DNA of 58,981 nucleotides from a virus (taxonomy: Duplodnaviria; Caudoviricetes). Of the stretch, positions 44,836 to 58,100 are shown in pieces. Within the stretch, counting starts at the first letter, position 1, and every line of letters begins with the position of its first letter. The notes under the pieces were generated by a model. It had not been told where the DNA came from. It saw only the letters and a list, made by a program, of their open reading frames with translations, and searched no databases. The stretch covers positions 1 through 58,981 of the IMG/VR virus record IMGVR_UViG_3300031785_000001. The stretch is one strand, 5' to 3'. The translations under genes were made by a program, and so were the position numbers.

Positions 44836-45616
44836 GACTATGAACACGAGTGATATAACTCATGGTGGACCAACCAAGGTGTTGCTATATGCGCATCATG
44901 GTTGGGGCAAAACATACCAGTGTAGGTTCTACCAAAAGCGTTTTGGAAAAGGTCTCATAATTTCTGGTGAGGCTGGCTTAAAATCTGTTGAAGATGTGGA
45001 TATTGACTATCTTCCATTTACATCTTGGGACAAAGAGCATAACCCTGATGAAGGAGTTTATTCTTTCAAAGGTATTATAGGTATGCTTAATACTCCTGAG
45101 TTTAAATCAGCAGGTTACAAATGGATTGCAATAGATTCATTAACAGAAATGTCTGAGCGTCTTATCGAGCAACTCGAAGAAGAGCATAAGGGAGGTAACA
45201 ACTTTGCCTTATGGGGAGATTATAACAGACTAATGCTTGGTGCATTGAAGTGGGTTAGAGACCTACCGTACCATGTATATGTGTCTGCCCTTGCTAAAGA
45301 AGAGAAGGACGCAAATGATGTCACACAATACTGGGTCTTAGTTAAGGGAGCATCTGTTTCTAAACATGTTCCTGCATTATTTGACCATGTATTTTGTGGA
45401 GTGAGGACTACTGAGAAGACAGATAACGGTCTACCCAAGGTTCGTAGATATGTAGTTACAGACGAAGTATCTGGGTGGCACGGAAAAACAAGAGACCCTC
45501 GCAACCTTCTTGCACCTTTTGAAGAGGTGGACGATATAACCGAACTGTTAGCCCGAATGTCTGCACCAGCAGAAAATTCAAAAACCAAATCTCAACCTAA
45601 AGGAGGAAAAGAATAA
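44828..45616 (+). CDS. Sak4-like AAA_24 ATPase (ssDNA annealing)
   Basis: LLYAHHGWGKT, IAIDSLTE, ALFDHV, GKTR. Confidence 0.85.
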   Translation: MFKTMNTSDITHGGPTKVLLYAHHGWGKTYQCRFYQKRFGKGLIISGEAGLKSVEDVDIDYLPFTSWDKEHNPDEGVYSFKGIIGMLNTPEFKSAGYKWIAIDSLTEMSERLIEQLEEEHKGGNNFALWGDYNRLMLGALKWVRDLPYHVYVSALAKEEKDANDVTQYWVLVKGASVSKHVPALFDHVFCGVRTTEKTDNGLPKVRRYVVTDEVSGWHGKTRDPRNLLAPFEEVDDITELLARMSAPAENSKTKSQPKGGKE

Positions 45617-46104
45617 TGAGTGAATGGAATGGTTTTGGCGGATTAGACCTTACCGCCGTTGAAAACTCAGGTGGCGGAAGTATGAGACTGCCTGTCGGAA
45701 AGTATACTGCTAAGTGTACTGACGCTAAGATTGAAACAATATCAGGAACTAATAATAAAAAATTAGTTCTATCTTTTGAAGATGAAGGAGGTCTTGGTGA
45801 TATTCGCCAGAACCTAAACATCCATCATAAGAGTCAGCAAGCTCAGGAGATTGCGCTAAGACAACTCAAGTCTTTTCTTGTTGCGTCTGGTCATCCTAAT
45901 CCTGATAAACCTGATGATGTTGAATCTCTCATTGGACTGAGGTGTCAGATTGTTGTCGGTGATGGTAAACCATACACCAACAAGGATGGACAGAGTGTTC
46001 AGTATACAGAGATAAAATACTTTAATCCTGTAGACGGAGTTGTAATGGACTCTGCAAACACCAAGGAAACTCCAGAGAAACTGGACGATGACATACCATT
46101 TTAG
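45616..46104 (+). CDS. Single-stranded DNA-binding protein (DUF669-like)
   Basis: LPVGKY...; acidic C-terminus DDDIPF. Confidence 0.8.
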   Translation: MSEWNGFGGLDLTAVENSGGGSMRLPVGKYTAKCTDAKIETISGTNNKKLVLSFEDEGGLGDIRQNLNIHHKSQQAQEIALRQLKSFLVASGHPNPDKPDDVESLIGLRCQIVVGDGKPYTNKDGQSVQYTEIKYFNPVDGVVMDSANTKETPEKLDDDIPF

Positions 46105-46119
46105 TGGTATAAGTAATAG

Positions 46120-46150
46120 AAGGGGGCTTTCCTAGCCCCCTTTTTTCTTT
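46120..46150 (+). terminator. Intrinsic terminator
   Basis: AAGGGGGCT-TTCCT-AGCCCCCTT plus T tract. Confidence 0.8.
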
Positions 46151-46161
46151 GGAGATGTACA

Positions 46162-46983
46162 TTGTCAAATATAAAAGAAGTAGCAGAGGCTGTTGTCAAA
46201 GATATTGATGAAGCCTACGAAAAAGATAAGCGTGAGAAGTCCAGAAGATACATAGGTGCTTCTATCATAGGTAATCCATGTGATGCCATGATTGCTTTTA
46301 ACTTAAGGGGTTTCCCCAATGATGAGCCTTCTGCTCGACTAAAAAGAATTTTCAAACTTGGTCATATACTTGAGGACGAAGTCGTTAAAGACTTAAAGAA
46401 ATCAGGCACTTACCAAGTTTATGAAGTAGATGGTCTTACTGGAAAACAACACACATACACAGAGATGGGCGGACATGTTGTCTGTCATACTGATGGTCTT
46501 ATAGAAGTAGACGATAATGTTAGCATCCTAGAAATTAAATCTATGAACGATGCGTCTTGGTCTAAGTTTAAGAAGAGCGGAGTAAAAGTTTCTCACCCAT
46601 CATATTACGGTCAATGCCAAATGATGATGGGATTAAGTTCAATTCCAACAACATTATTTATTGCGGTCAACAAAAACAATTCTGAGTATCATGCAGAGAT
46701 TGTTGAGGCTGATGTTTTTGAATTTTCTTTTATTAAAGAAAGAATAGAGAGAGCGATAAGCGGTAATGTAACTAAGATTAGTGTAGACGAAACTGATTGG
46801 AGATGTAGAGGTTGCTTTAAAAGAAGTGTCTGTTGGGAAAAAGTTACTCCTCAACCAGACTGTACCTTCTGTGTTTTTGCAGAAGCTACTAAGAATGGAG
46901 AGTGGCATTGCAATAAGCACGACACAAGGGCAAGGAAAGTGTGTTCCGAGTATGAGCAATTTAAACCTCAAGACAAGGAATAA
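46162..46983 (+). CDS. Cas4-like PD-(D/E)xK exonuclease
   Basis: IGASIIGNPC, HTDG, LEIKS, YYGQCQ, CRGC...C. Confidence 0.85.
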   Translation: MSNIKEVAEAVVKDIDEAYEKDKREKSRRYIGASIIGNPCDAMIAFNLRGFPNDEPSARLKRIFKLGHILEDEVVKDLKKSGTYQVYEVDGLTGKQHTYTEMGGHVVCHTDGLIEVDDNVSILEIKSMNDASWSKFKKSGVKVSHPSYYGQCQMMMGLSSIPTTLFIAVNKNNSEYHAEIVEADVFEFSFIKERIERAISGNVTKISVDETDWRCRGCFKRSVCWEKVTPQPDCTFCVFAEATKNGEWHCNKHDTRARKVCSEYEQFKPQDKE

Positions 46984-46987
46984 GAAT

Positions 46988-47296
46988 ATGAATTATGGAA
47001 CCAGCTTTACAGAGTTGCAAGAAAAAATCTTAGAGTTAAATGAATCTCGAAACGACATACTTAAAGATATAGAAGATAGTCAGAATGAAATTCTTTCTAT
47101 AAGCGAACGCATACAAGAATTACAAGACATAAAAGAAGATACCAAATGGTGGAAAGACCAGATAACAAAAGCTAAAGATAAGAGAAAAAGAATTAGAGAA
47201 CAAATATCTTTACTAAATCACGAAGTTAGAACTGTTGATGCTCTAAAGAATAGTGTAGAACTAGAGCTTAAACATACGGAATACTATCAATCTTAG
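46988..47296 (+). CDS. Coiled-coil hypothetical protein
   Basis: AGGA RBS before MNYGT. Confidence 0.6.
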   Translation: MNYGTSFTELQEKILELNESRNDILKDIEDSQNEILSISERIQELQDIKEDTKWWKDQITKAKDKRKRIREQISLLNHEVRTVDALKNSVELELKHTEYYQS

Positions 47297-47298
47297 GG

Positions 47299-47595
47299 AT
47301 GAATATGAAAAAGAAAAGTATTTTAGACAACGCCTCTATGTTAATAGACGGTGAAAGAGCTAAAGATTATGGACCAGCATTATTAAATCACGAGAGAATT
47401 GCAGACGGATGGAATGTCATTGTTAAGTCTGCGATGGAGAAGCATGGAGAACTACTCCCCTCACATGTTGCTATGATGATGGCTTGGGTAAAGATAGCAA
47501 GACTATGTAACACAAAAGACCATCAAGATTCTTGGATAGACTTAGTTGCATACGGTGCTTTAGGAGGAGAATTTTCTGAAGAAGAAGATAAATGA
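47299..47595 (+). CDS. DUF6378-like helical protein
   Basis: GERAKDYG..NHERIA..W, VKIARL, DSWIDLVAYGAL. Confidence 0.8.
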   Translation: MNMKKKSILDNASMLIDGERAKDYGPALLNHERIADGWNVIVKSAMEKHGELLPSHVAMMMAWVKIARLCNTKDHQDSWIDLVAYGALGGEFSEEEDK

Positions 47596-47816
47596 TTGTC
47601 CTGTTTGCGAGAAACTAAATCTAGAAGTTTGTGCAAACTGTAACCCACCAACTTTATTATCTTGGAAAATAGCTATGTCCTTTTCACAAAATATGAAACC
47701 AGAGGACGAACAGAATAAGTAGTTCATATATTGTGAAGTATGACCCTTACTTATTTTGATATAGCAGGAATCTCCGCACTTATTGTTTTGTTATTAAACT
47801 ACTGGGCTAAAAAAGA

Positions 47817-47960
47817 TTAATTCTTTTTATTGTATAAGTCGAAGAGACTGGTGATTTGTTTTTTCATATGCTCAACATCAACATAGAGTTTTATGACAGC
47901 GAACACTAATGCTCCAACAAAACCTATCAAGGGCATATATGTGTTTATTTCCTCAAACAT
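47817..47960 (-). CDS. 47-aa TM plus coiled-coil lysis-module peptide
   Basis: MFEEINTYMPLIGFVGALVFAVIKLYVDVEHMKKQ...; TAATG coupling to endolysin. Confidence 0.55.
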   Translation of the reverse strand: MFEEINTYMPLIGFVGALVFAVIKLYVDVEHMKKQITSLFDLYNKKN

Positions 47961-48409
47961 TACATTAACTCGAAGTGTGGACCATCTATGAATGGTCTTC
48001 TTCCTTCACCGCGTCTTGTGTCAATATAAGAGTTCATCGCGTCTTCCATACTTCCTTCCCACGCACCTATATCCCTGACTGTCCAAGCCGCGCCCCATCT
48101 TAATGGTGTGCCAAGACTCCTAGACGCAAGAGCAAATGCGTCTGCTATGTCATCATACACTCCAATCTCCCAGCAGATTTCGCCATCTATCACAGCGAAA
48201 ACATCTATAGCTTTTCCGTCAATATGTTTTGACTTTAATGTCTGGGAGCGTTTCTGCTCAACTAATTTCTTTTGTCTTTCGATGGTACGCAAACCTTCTG
48301 AAATGCCGAAGTCCACTGATGTAAGGCTGATGGCTGTTCTAGCCAGTTGCTCAAGCTCAGGATTAATACCCTCCATCTTTTCAAAAGATTTTTTACTAAA
48401 AGAGAACAT
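47960..48409 (-). CDS. Endolysin, M15 family L-Ala-D-Glu peptidase
   Basis: EGLRT.ERQ, SKHIDGKAID, LRWG..W, DGPHFEL. Confidence 0.9.
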   Translation of the reverse strand: MFSFSKKSFEKMEGINPELEQLARTAISLTSVDFGISEGLRTIERQKKLVEQKRSQTLKSKHIDGKAIDVFAVIDGEICWEIGVYDDIADAFALASRSLGTPLRWGAAWTVRDIGAWEGSMEDAMNSYIDTRRGEGRRPFIDGPHFELM

Positions 48410-48426
48410 TTCAAACTCCTTCTCCT

Positions 48427-48810
48427 TTAATGGTTATTGTTTACGCCTTTCACTTTTTCAAAACTTCTAGCTCCTGCAAGACCTAGCATACCCATCAAGA
48501 CGGGCATCATAATAGACATGTCTGCTTGAGGTATTTGAACGCCGAAAGGCGCGGCGAGTGGTGAAACAAGAAAGTTAACCGTGAATCCAAGCACACAAAC
48601 CCAAGCGGTGGCAGGTCTCCAAGACGACTGGAACCAGTTGCCTTTAGCTTCTTCCTTGTTAATTTCCAGTTGGGCAATCATCAATTCTTGATGATGCCTG
48701 TCAGACATCGTTGCTATTTCGTGAGCAAGCCTGTTCTTTGTATCTGCGTCTGGAATAAATTTGTCTAGTATTTGTGTTACTGGACCTACTAATGTTGTTA
48801 TTATACTCAT
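48427..48810 (-). CDS. Holin (GTA-type 3TM family)
   Basis: LDKFIPDAD, WRPATAWVC, GMLGLAGARSFEK. Confidence 0.8.
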   Translation of the reverse strand: MSIITTLVGPVTQILDKFIPDADTKNRLAHEIATMSDRHHQELMIAQLEINKEEAKGNWFQSSWRPATAWVCVLGFTVNFLVSPLAAPFGVQIPQADMSIMMPVLMGMLGLAGARSFEKVKGVNNNH

Positions 48811-48821
48811 GTTAAGTCTCC

Positions 48822-49142
48822 TTACTCTTTCTCATTTAATTCTTTTTTCATTTCTTTCATCTCAAGCCTTAAATCTTTTACATCTTCTTTCAGTCTTTCG
48901 ATAAATAAATTTTGTTCTTTATCAAGAGGTAACATCCCCCCAGACTCCCACTCATCAATCCAAATAGAATTAGCGTCTATATCTTTTTCTAAATTTATTG
49001 TTGAGTTTTCCAAAGTCTGTAATCTTTGGTTGATTGTAAAATATGCGTACAGTCCAGAACATATAGCTACGATTAAACCTATTAAATTTTTTAGAGGGAT
49101 GCTTACATAAGAAGCATCACTCATTCTTACATCATCTGACAT
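48822..49142 (-). CDS. TM plus coiled-coil protein of lysis module
   Basis: IPLKNLIGLI..YF TM then heptads. Confidence 0.65.
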   Translation of the reverse strand: MSDDVRMSDASYVSIPLKNLIGLIVAICSGLYAYFTINQRLQTLENSTINLEKDIDANSIWIDEWESGGMLPLDKEQNLFIERLKEDVKDLRLEMKEMKKELNEKE

Positions 49143-49146
49143 TTAA

Positions 49147-52100
49147 CTACCATTTATTACCCCATCCTTTTTGCCATTCAGAACCCCAGCCGTTTTGTTT
49201 TTTCTTTCGCCCGGTTGGTTCTCCAGCTACTGCATCAGTAATACCTTCTCTCCAATCTCTTACACCACCAACGATTGGTATTCTAGTAGCAACAGTTCTA
49301 ACCGCAGTTCTTTCTTTAGCGTTGCTATCTGTGCTTCCTAGGATTGCATCTTTCACGCCACCCATGACATGAACTGAGTCTTGGAAGAGACCTACAGAAG
49401 GACCGCCAATGTTAGACATAAGTCTGTTAACCCCATAAGCTCCGTTGTCTGCTTGGGTCGCCGCGTTATGCGCAAGCTCTCCAAAAATTCCAAGACCACC
49501 CATATGCATTATGCCTTCCATGTACCAACCTAAGACATCATGCTCGTTGCCATGTATCTTTTCGTCATAACCCATAAACTTTAATGCGTTCCTAACTCTT
49601 ACATCAGCTTCTCTTTCTGTGTCTCCACCTCTAAGCTGTATTGTATCTTTTGCCGCTAGAGAAAAAGCACCAAAGGCAGGTCCAACACTTAACGCATACA
49701 TAAGAGGAGCCTTTCGCCCATCCTTTTTCATAGCTTCTTTCCATACATCCCAAGACATCTTTTGCATCATCAATGTAAAAGACTTAAGCTGGAATATCAT
49801 TGCGCCCCAAGGAGTTTGCGCCCACAAAGGTATGTCATTTTGATTCGGCTGGAAGATAGATTCATCAGCAAATCTTATTATTGCTTGTCTTAACTCTTTA
49901 TCATCTGCAAATTTTGTCAATGCTTCAGTAGAATCTAAAGACACTTTACCTTCATTACCTTCTGGTAAAAACTTCTCAAGACCATATCCTTTTAAATACC
50001 TATGAGCTTGTTTGTATTCAACGCTTTGTTTGTCAAAAGATACTCTAGGATTGTAATGTCTATTAGCTTTTGCCTGCATGGTCTTGAATGATTCAAACCC
50101 TACTGAGCCAGCGAACTTTCTGTTTAAATCCGTCCAAGGAGTTAGTAATGTTGTATTAAAGAAGGCGTTACTTAACTTACTACCTGTTCCGCCATACATA
50201 TAAAGCTGTCTTTCATGCAGAATGTTTTCTATAGCAACACCTGTGTTATACATGAAACGCCTATAGTCAGGGTCTCTCGCCCACTTACTTAAACCTTTAA
50301 CATAATCTTGCATTGAGCCAGACCTAATAAGAGGTAACACAAGGTCTCCAAGAGATGTAAGAGTTGTAAATCCTAATAATGATATATTGTTAAAACCTCT
50401 TACGGTCTTAGACATTTTCATTAATGCTCTGTTGTAATCAGCATCTTGTGGCTTCTTCATTGCTACCGCTAAAGACTTGTCCATAAATCTAAAGTCTTCA
50501 TTAGTCCAGCTAGGAGCTTTATCTCCTTTAAAGTCTTGTAGTGCGCCTAGTATTGCTTCGGCTCTCTTTACATAGCCTTCAGTTGGAATACCAGAACTAT
50601 CGACAGGAGCGACATCCATAAGAAGTTTTCTAGCAGAAGCTATTCCGTGTCTTTGATACTCTTCGACAAGACCATCAACAAATGCACTAGCCTCACCTTC
50701 TCTATTCAAGAAAGGCATGGTCACAGTATCGGTTAAATCGTACTGAGTCATATTGCCGTCTAAATCTAAACCATATTTATTCCAAGTAAACTCTCTTGGT
50801 GTTGACAATAATTTTGCTATGCCAGATTTACCATGTTCAGCAACATGCATGTAGTCATACCAAGCGTGGGAATTTATACCTAGTTTTTCTGTATGAGCTA
50901 ATCTTCTGGAGCTTCCCTCAAAATACTTAGTAAGCAAGAACTCTAAGTCATGCTCAAGAAACTCTTCCATATTAGCCATATGGTTAGGGTATTTTTCTAA
51001 CTCTATAACTCGGTTGTAATCAATGGCGTCTGATGTTGGGTTACGAGAACCTCCTCTATGAGGAATAAACACACCATCTGAACCTTCACCAGCTAAAGTT
51101 TCATACATCCTTCTAGCAAACTCTTGAGCGTCTGCTTCATTAACCATCTTACCGAAACCAGCTTGCTCATCTATATAGTATTGCCTCATACCTTCTAAGA
51201 ATTTACCTCTATTCTTATCTATAGCTTCTTTGTTCCAGACTTGAGGTAAATAATTTTCTCTTCTTCCCACCATAATTCCAGCTTGGGTTAAAGATTGATG
51301 CTCTGTTTCAAAAGCATTTCTTACATCATCATAGATTTCTAATTCTTGTTTACTTAAAGCAGAATGTTGTCTTGAGCCATCACCGTTCCTTAAGGCTCTA
51401 ACTATTCTTTGATAACTTTCAGGCTGTGTGTCACGAGTAAAGAATTGTCTTGGACCTCTTCTGTACCAAGAGTTTATTCTTCCGTGAGCGTCTGGAAGTT
51501 TCCTTAACTTTTCTTGTATTGGGAAAAACTTACCAGCAAATTTCTGCTGTACATCTGAGAAGTGCTGTTTGTACCAATCGGCTATCCAGTTAGCACCCAT
51601 TCTTTTCATTCTTCCAGATTGAGAAGAGAAAATTTTACCAACCGAATTATCCTTAAGAGCCTGTTCTTCATTTGCGTTTAGCTGTCTGCCTTTAATCATA
51701 GACATCATTGCGCCACTAAGACTTGAGTCGCCACCAGCTTTTTCTACTGACTCTCCAATAAGCCCCGGATTAATTGCATCAAGACCGCCTAATTTCTCAG
51801 CCATCATTGCTTCAATTATTCCACCGTTTATAGCTTTAGGAATACCAGCTTCTGGGGAATGATAAAGTCTTGCGTCTGCCTCATTAAACTCAGCCGCGTC
51901 AACATGCTTTACATTAGCTGTGTCAAAAACCAAGACGCCTTTATGACTTACGAAGTCTCCTTCATATGTTTCTTGGTTTCTCATTTTAGGAGTGCCATCA
52001 ACATTTGTTGTGTTGAAGTGTGTAGTTATAATTCCATCATAACCCAAGTCTTCTAATGCTCCATTAAGTTCTGTCTTTGCTTGATGCATACCTCTGCCAG

Positions 52101-55100
52101 AATCTCTAAGGAGTTGAGTAAGAGCTAAATATGTATCTCTTCCGTTTGTTGGGTTAGATAACTTATCAGAAAATTCTCTTATAGCTTTAGGTTTAATGCT
52201 GTCTGTGGCTTGGAAGTATTCTAATACTGCGCCTACCAATCCATCAGATATATTATAAGAAGCACTCTTTTGGAAGTCGGCAGGATTCTGGACATTCACA
52301 TATAAAGGAATAACCAGTGGGTCAGTTGTAATGCCGTGCTTAGTTAGGTTGTCTAAAGAAGCCTGTTCCATTTCGACAAGCTCATCTAATTCTTTTTTCA
52401 ATACAGATAGTCTTGTCTTGTCTTGGTCTCCAACATTCTCAAGATAGTAAGCCCTTCTCTTAGCAGATATTTCTTTTCTTACATCATGTAAGTCTTGAAC
52501 TTCAAAAATTAATTCTTCTTTTATTTCATCTGTATTATTACTCTCCATGATAGCTCTGTGTTGAGATTCTGGAGTTGGCTTCTTTGCGTATGTCTGACTA
52601 GCAACACTTGGGTTGTCTGATATATAAACCCCCGGTCCATAAAAACCATTAACACTTGGGTTCAAGACAACATCTGGATTGTCTGCTCTATTAAAAGCAT
52701 ATCCGTTAGGTGTGCCGTGATAGAAAGTTATAATCGAATCTACTTTAGGATTGTATCCTAATCCATTTCCTGTAAATTCTTTTATCTTTTCTAGTCTCCA
52801 CTCTGGAGAACTTAAAACTAAATCGTTTACTGCATTGGTTGCATTTGATGGGTGTAAGGCTGGTCCGCTCTTAGCTATAGCATCAGACATAGGAGCAACA
52901 TTTGGCTTCTCAAACATATCGCCAAACATCACAAGTCTTCTGAACTCTTGTTTAATGCTGTTTCTACCAATCAATCCGTTAACAACATAAGCTACATATT
53001 CAACGGTTCTATCTATCGCTCTTTCAAATGCGTTCCTTAACTTAAGATTAGACACATCACGATTAAGAACTGAGTTTAGTAAGTTTCCTTTACTTACTCG
53101 CTCTGACATATATAAAGCTAGTTGCTCAGAGAACCATTCTTCGGCTAACAAATCTTCTAAAGATTCATTTGTGTAATCCGCATATTTACTTGCATACTGA
53201 CTATTAATTTTTGTTTTAATTATGTCATCAGCACCTCTATACAAATCTACTATAGCTTGCTTTTCATCAGGCTTTAATGCGCCAGACCTAATGACCATAT
53301 GACCAACTTCATGCATAGCATCAAAAGGTGTAGCCGTATCTTTGTTTAAGCCTATAGCAACTCTTCTTAAATCCTTTCTTAACTTATTAAACTCAGGAGT
53401 TTTGGTGTCATAAAAAACTGCCGCGCCAATTTTTGAAGGCTTTACTCCAGCTAGTTTTGCTACAGTTTCTGTAGAAATAATATCTACTTTGTCTAGGTTT
53501 TCTTTTTGAGTTTTATTAAGAAGGTTAAACATCCTATAACCAAGAGTTCTAGCTGTGTACTGAATCTCTGGGTCTCTGTGTGTAACATAACTAAGAATGT
53601 CTCTAATAGAAGCGCGAGCAGAAGCAGGTATGCCATCAGAAGAAGACACTCCAACGCTATCTTTTATTTCTGTTTCTATAACTAAGTTGGTCTCAGTAAA
53701 CTTAGGTTGAATTATTTGCTGACCTGTAGACTTAAGACCTTTGTTAGTATATCTGCGCCTCATTTCATAACTAGCTTGGTCTATTTTTGTAGTGTTGTTT
53801 TCTGCAAGACCATTAAGCATGATGTCTTCTAATTCTCTACCGCTCATATTCTTCATTTCTGGAGGAATAGGAACAGCCCTTGCTGGAAGAGAAGTAGCTT
53901 TGTTTTTTCTAAGAAGCTCTATAGCAATTTGGTCGCCATACTCTGTGCCTCTATGCTCTACATAAAGTTTTCTTAGTTCTTCAAGACCAATAGACTTAAC
54001 CTCTTTGGCAGTCTTCTTATCTAATTTCTGGTTGTATTTAGAAGTTCTAGGTCTATCTTTGGGTGCAGTTTTAGCTGTCTTTAGTGCTTCGTTATCAACA
54101 GCTTCTACAGATTTTCTATTTTGATTCCTTGCTCTCTTAAGCGATTTACTTGAACGACTTCGTCTCGACTTCTTACTGTTGTCTAACTTTGGCTTTCCAG
54201 CTAAAGCACGACCTTCTGTCTCTGAGTACCTAGCTTTTAAAGTTTGTTCAATAGTATCTAGAGTATTAGACAAAGATGTCTTGCCTATATTTTTGTCTGT
54301 TACTTTTGCTGGCAATCCGTTAGCTGGTTGGAATACACCTTCATATCCGTTGTAATAAAAATCTCTCAACCTATCAGCAACTTCTTGAGGGTCAGCAACC
54401 TCTGTAAGACCATCATCTATATAATCATTAGATGTCTTGCCTTCTACTTTAGGACCAAGAATCATTTCATCAATATCATCTATCCTATTATGAATAAGTG
54501 CTGTTCTTTTTCTAAGAGGGATAAACGACTGAGGAAGTTTCTCATCTGGGTTTGCATTTATTCTTCTACCCAGCCTAATCTTTGGATTTGTAGATAGCAT
54601 TATTTTAACTAATGCTTTATGCGCTTCAATTATTCCATCAGCACTATCTCTTAAGAAAGCATCTTCTAGGTCTGCTCTTGCTAATGTGTATTCAACATAA
54701 CGCTTGTTAATATGTTTACCAAGTTCTGTCTTTGGTTTGGCTTCTACACCTAATTTAAACTCAGCCCTTTGTGCAGGAGGGAGTATCTTAGAGAATAAAG
54801 GCTCTAAGTCTGGGTCTATTTCTACACCTTGAGCGTAACGCTTGAAGATAGCTTTCATCTTTCTCATTACAGAGGTCCAGAAATTATCATCTCCAGAAAG
54901 ATGCCTTTGTCTTGTAGCCCATAATTCAAACTGATTAGCAAACAGTTCTGCTGGAGACTCAAACATATTGGCTATTTTTATTACGCCATCAGGGTCAACA
55001 GGACCAACTCTTCGCATAATAGACATGTTGTCTACGCCACCGCCATCAACATAATACTTCTCCATCCCCTTCCAGAATGTCGCTCTTTCTTGAGGAGTTA

Positions 55101-58100
55101 AAATATTAAGATAAGCCCAGTGAGCTACCTCATGGTATAGGGGAAGACTGCTTGGTACTTTAGGGTGAGGAGTTGAAGATAAAGCTACTTGTTCTCCTGC
55201 GTCTGTGTATTGAGTACTTAAATTATTTGCGTCTCCAGAATCAATAAATCTAGGACCAACAGTATTATCGCCGCCAAGTTTTTCTATGAAGTCTACAGCG
55301 TTTTCTATTTCTTCTGCTGAATACTTTGAGAACAACGACCTAATATCTTCTACAGACCTAGCTCTAATGTTGTCTGGTTGCACATAACCTTCAGGAACTA
55401 TCTCATCCATAAGGCTATAAATTTCAGAAAGTCTTGAAGCATGCTCTCTGTGGTATTCAACAGTAGGCATCCATTCGGCTGTCTCCATATCTCTACTAAA
55501 TTGCTGTAAATCAGAAGCAGTATTTAATTCTCTTGGATTATCTGGATTAGCTTCTCTCGCAACTTTTTGTAGTGCTTGGAAAGATTCTCTTTCTTTTATT
55601 TCGTCTGGAATAATTCTTTCATGCAAATCTAGTATGTTCGTAGGCTCACCTACACCAGTTGCATCTCCAACATATAGCCTTTGACCTGCTGGTCTTGCGC
55701 CTTCCTCTGCTGGTAAGGATTCAAACAGCGCACTTAAGACTCTAGCATTTGAAGTCCAATCTTCTTTCGGTGCGTATTTAAACTCCCAATTATCTGGGTC
55801 AGATTTAGGTCCACCTTTCTGACCTATAATAGCTGTAATGTCTTTACCATCTTCAGCTTGTTTGCGGTTAATCATCCTTACATCAGTAGGGTCTATTGTG
55901 CTTCTTGCGATAAGAAGTTTGTCTCCCTTTGAAACAGGTTGATGTAGTTTAGGTGTCTCTGTCTCAACTGGAGCATCACCTGAGCGTTTCTTAGTAACCC
56001 TAAGTAATTCCCTAAATTGGTCTAGAGCTAATTCTGGCTCTCCATTCTCAGCAATAGTAAGAATCTCTCGGAGCTTAGTAGCATCTGTATTAGGAGTAGG
56101 CTCTGGTGCTGATTCAGTACCAAGCTCTGGTGCATTATCCCTAACGACTTGAGGTTCTTGAAGTTTCCTTTTTGGCTCCCCTCCTTCTCTTACTTGCACG
56201 GCTAATTCTTGAGATTCGTATGCTCTCTTTGTAACTCCATCAGCATAAAGAGTTGTCCCAGCAGGAACTTCTTTAATACCATTTGCAGTTATTACTCCCC
56301 TCATTGGATGAGTTGTAACAAAAGGAACTATGTCTGGTCCTGCTTTGCCGTCACCATAAGCCACAGCGTTCTGTGCTTTTATAAGAGCTTCATCAAAAGC
56401 AAACTCTGTCGGATTAACAGCGTCTATTGTTCCGTGCTTGGTGGTTCTCCTCATAAAGGATTGGATTCTTCCAGCAGAAGTTTTACCAGCACTTCCTACA
56501 AAACCAATATCTTTGTCGGAGGCAAAGATATTTGCTTGTTCTATTCTTTCACCAGTCCCTCTAACTGGAGTTGGGTCAACCTCAGACACCCTAAGAACAT
56601 TGTCTGTAGCCATTCTTTCTGCTACCAAATCGCTTATGCCCGGATATTGTTTCTTAATGATTCGGGTTTGTTTTTTAATAGCTTTTTCTTGCGTCTTGGT
56701 TAGCTTGATTTCCATTCTCTGCGAACCGCCAGTAGGCGCATTTATGTGCAGAGCATCAAACAAAGCCAGTATGTCGTCTGTAGATACTGGAGTTCCTCTT
56801 GCGAGAAGTGCTACTCCTCTTCTTAAATCTTCGGTAGGAATCTCTCCTAAATCTTTTAGCTCATCAAGTATCCCAGACAATTCGTCTTGAACTTGAGTGG
56901 CATAGGCACTAGGCTCTCCTCCTTTTTTAACTTCAGCATTAACTGTAGCTTTCGTTATCTTCTTACTTTTTCCTCTAGGTTTTAAGGCGTTAGGGTCTAT
57001 GCCATTCATTAAGGCATGACCTTTTACATCATCTTTAATTGAGAATATTTCTTCTGGTACGGAATCTTCTACTAGATTACTGGTTTCATTAACTTCCACA
57101 TCCGTCTTAGGCATAGCCTCGTCTGTGTCTACAGTTTTCTGTATACCAGTTAACTCTTCATCATAAGCCTTTAATGTATTGTTAGTTACTTGCTTAGGTT
57201 TCTTCTTGCTTCGGCTTAATGGTAGAGGATTTTCAGTGTCGTTAATTCTTGCCCTGAAGTCTTCTTCTGTAACTCCGTGTTTTGCAAAAATCCTTTTAGC
57301 TTTTGCGCCAATTCCTGCTGTTGAATAGGGAACAGGTGCGTCATCTTCTATAACTTTAGGAATACCTGTGTCGGTTGTAGTCGCCCCTGCGGTTTCAGGA
57401 GAGAGAGGTTCTGTTGTTCCTGATTCCGCAGGGACTTCAACTACTTCAGCTTCACGGTTTAGGGAGGAATCAGCCGACCCTTCATTCGACTGAACTTGTG
57501 AAGCGTCTGTGGTTGCCTCTGCACTTGCGCCATCTGCACGAGTGACTAATTCTTCTCCGTCTGGACCATCAACACCATTTACCGCCGCTCTCCAATCAGC
57601 ATAATCATCTTCAAACTTAGATACTCTAGCTTCTCTTTGTTTGATTTTAGCGGGGTCTTGTTCATCTACATTAAAACCAACAATCTGCTCTTGTTCTGTT
57701 TTAAGTCTTGCAGACATTTGTCTTAGTCTACTTATTCTTTTTACTACTTCACTCTGAGCGACCCATTCATCAGAATCTCTTCCATGAGTCTGAGCAACTT
57801 TATCTAATTGCTCTCTAGCATCTCTTAATTTTTCAACTAATAAATCTTCTTTAGCTTTGAAGTCCGCTTCCTCTACAGAAACCTCCTCTACAACTTCCTC
57901 AGCTTCTGTCTCAGGAGCCTTAGCGTCTTCGTCTATCTTTGCCTTAGTTTGCTCAACTAAATCTTCTGGAGTAGTTCCTGCTCTCTCCATAGAAACTACA
58001 TCATCAGCTTTCCAGCCAAGTGCCTCGGCTTCTTGTACTGGCTTTAATGCGCCTCTTGTTCCTACCGCACCACCGACACCACCAAGACCACCACCTATTA

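Noticed and set aside
46162-46983. CRISPR-Cas component
   Set aside because: Solo Cas4-like nuclease in the usual Sak4/SSB module; no repeat-spacer array or other cas genes seen
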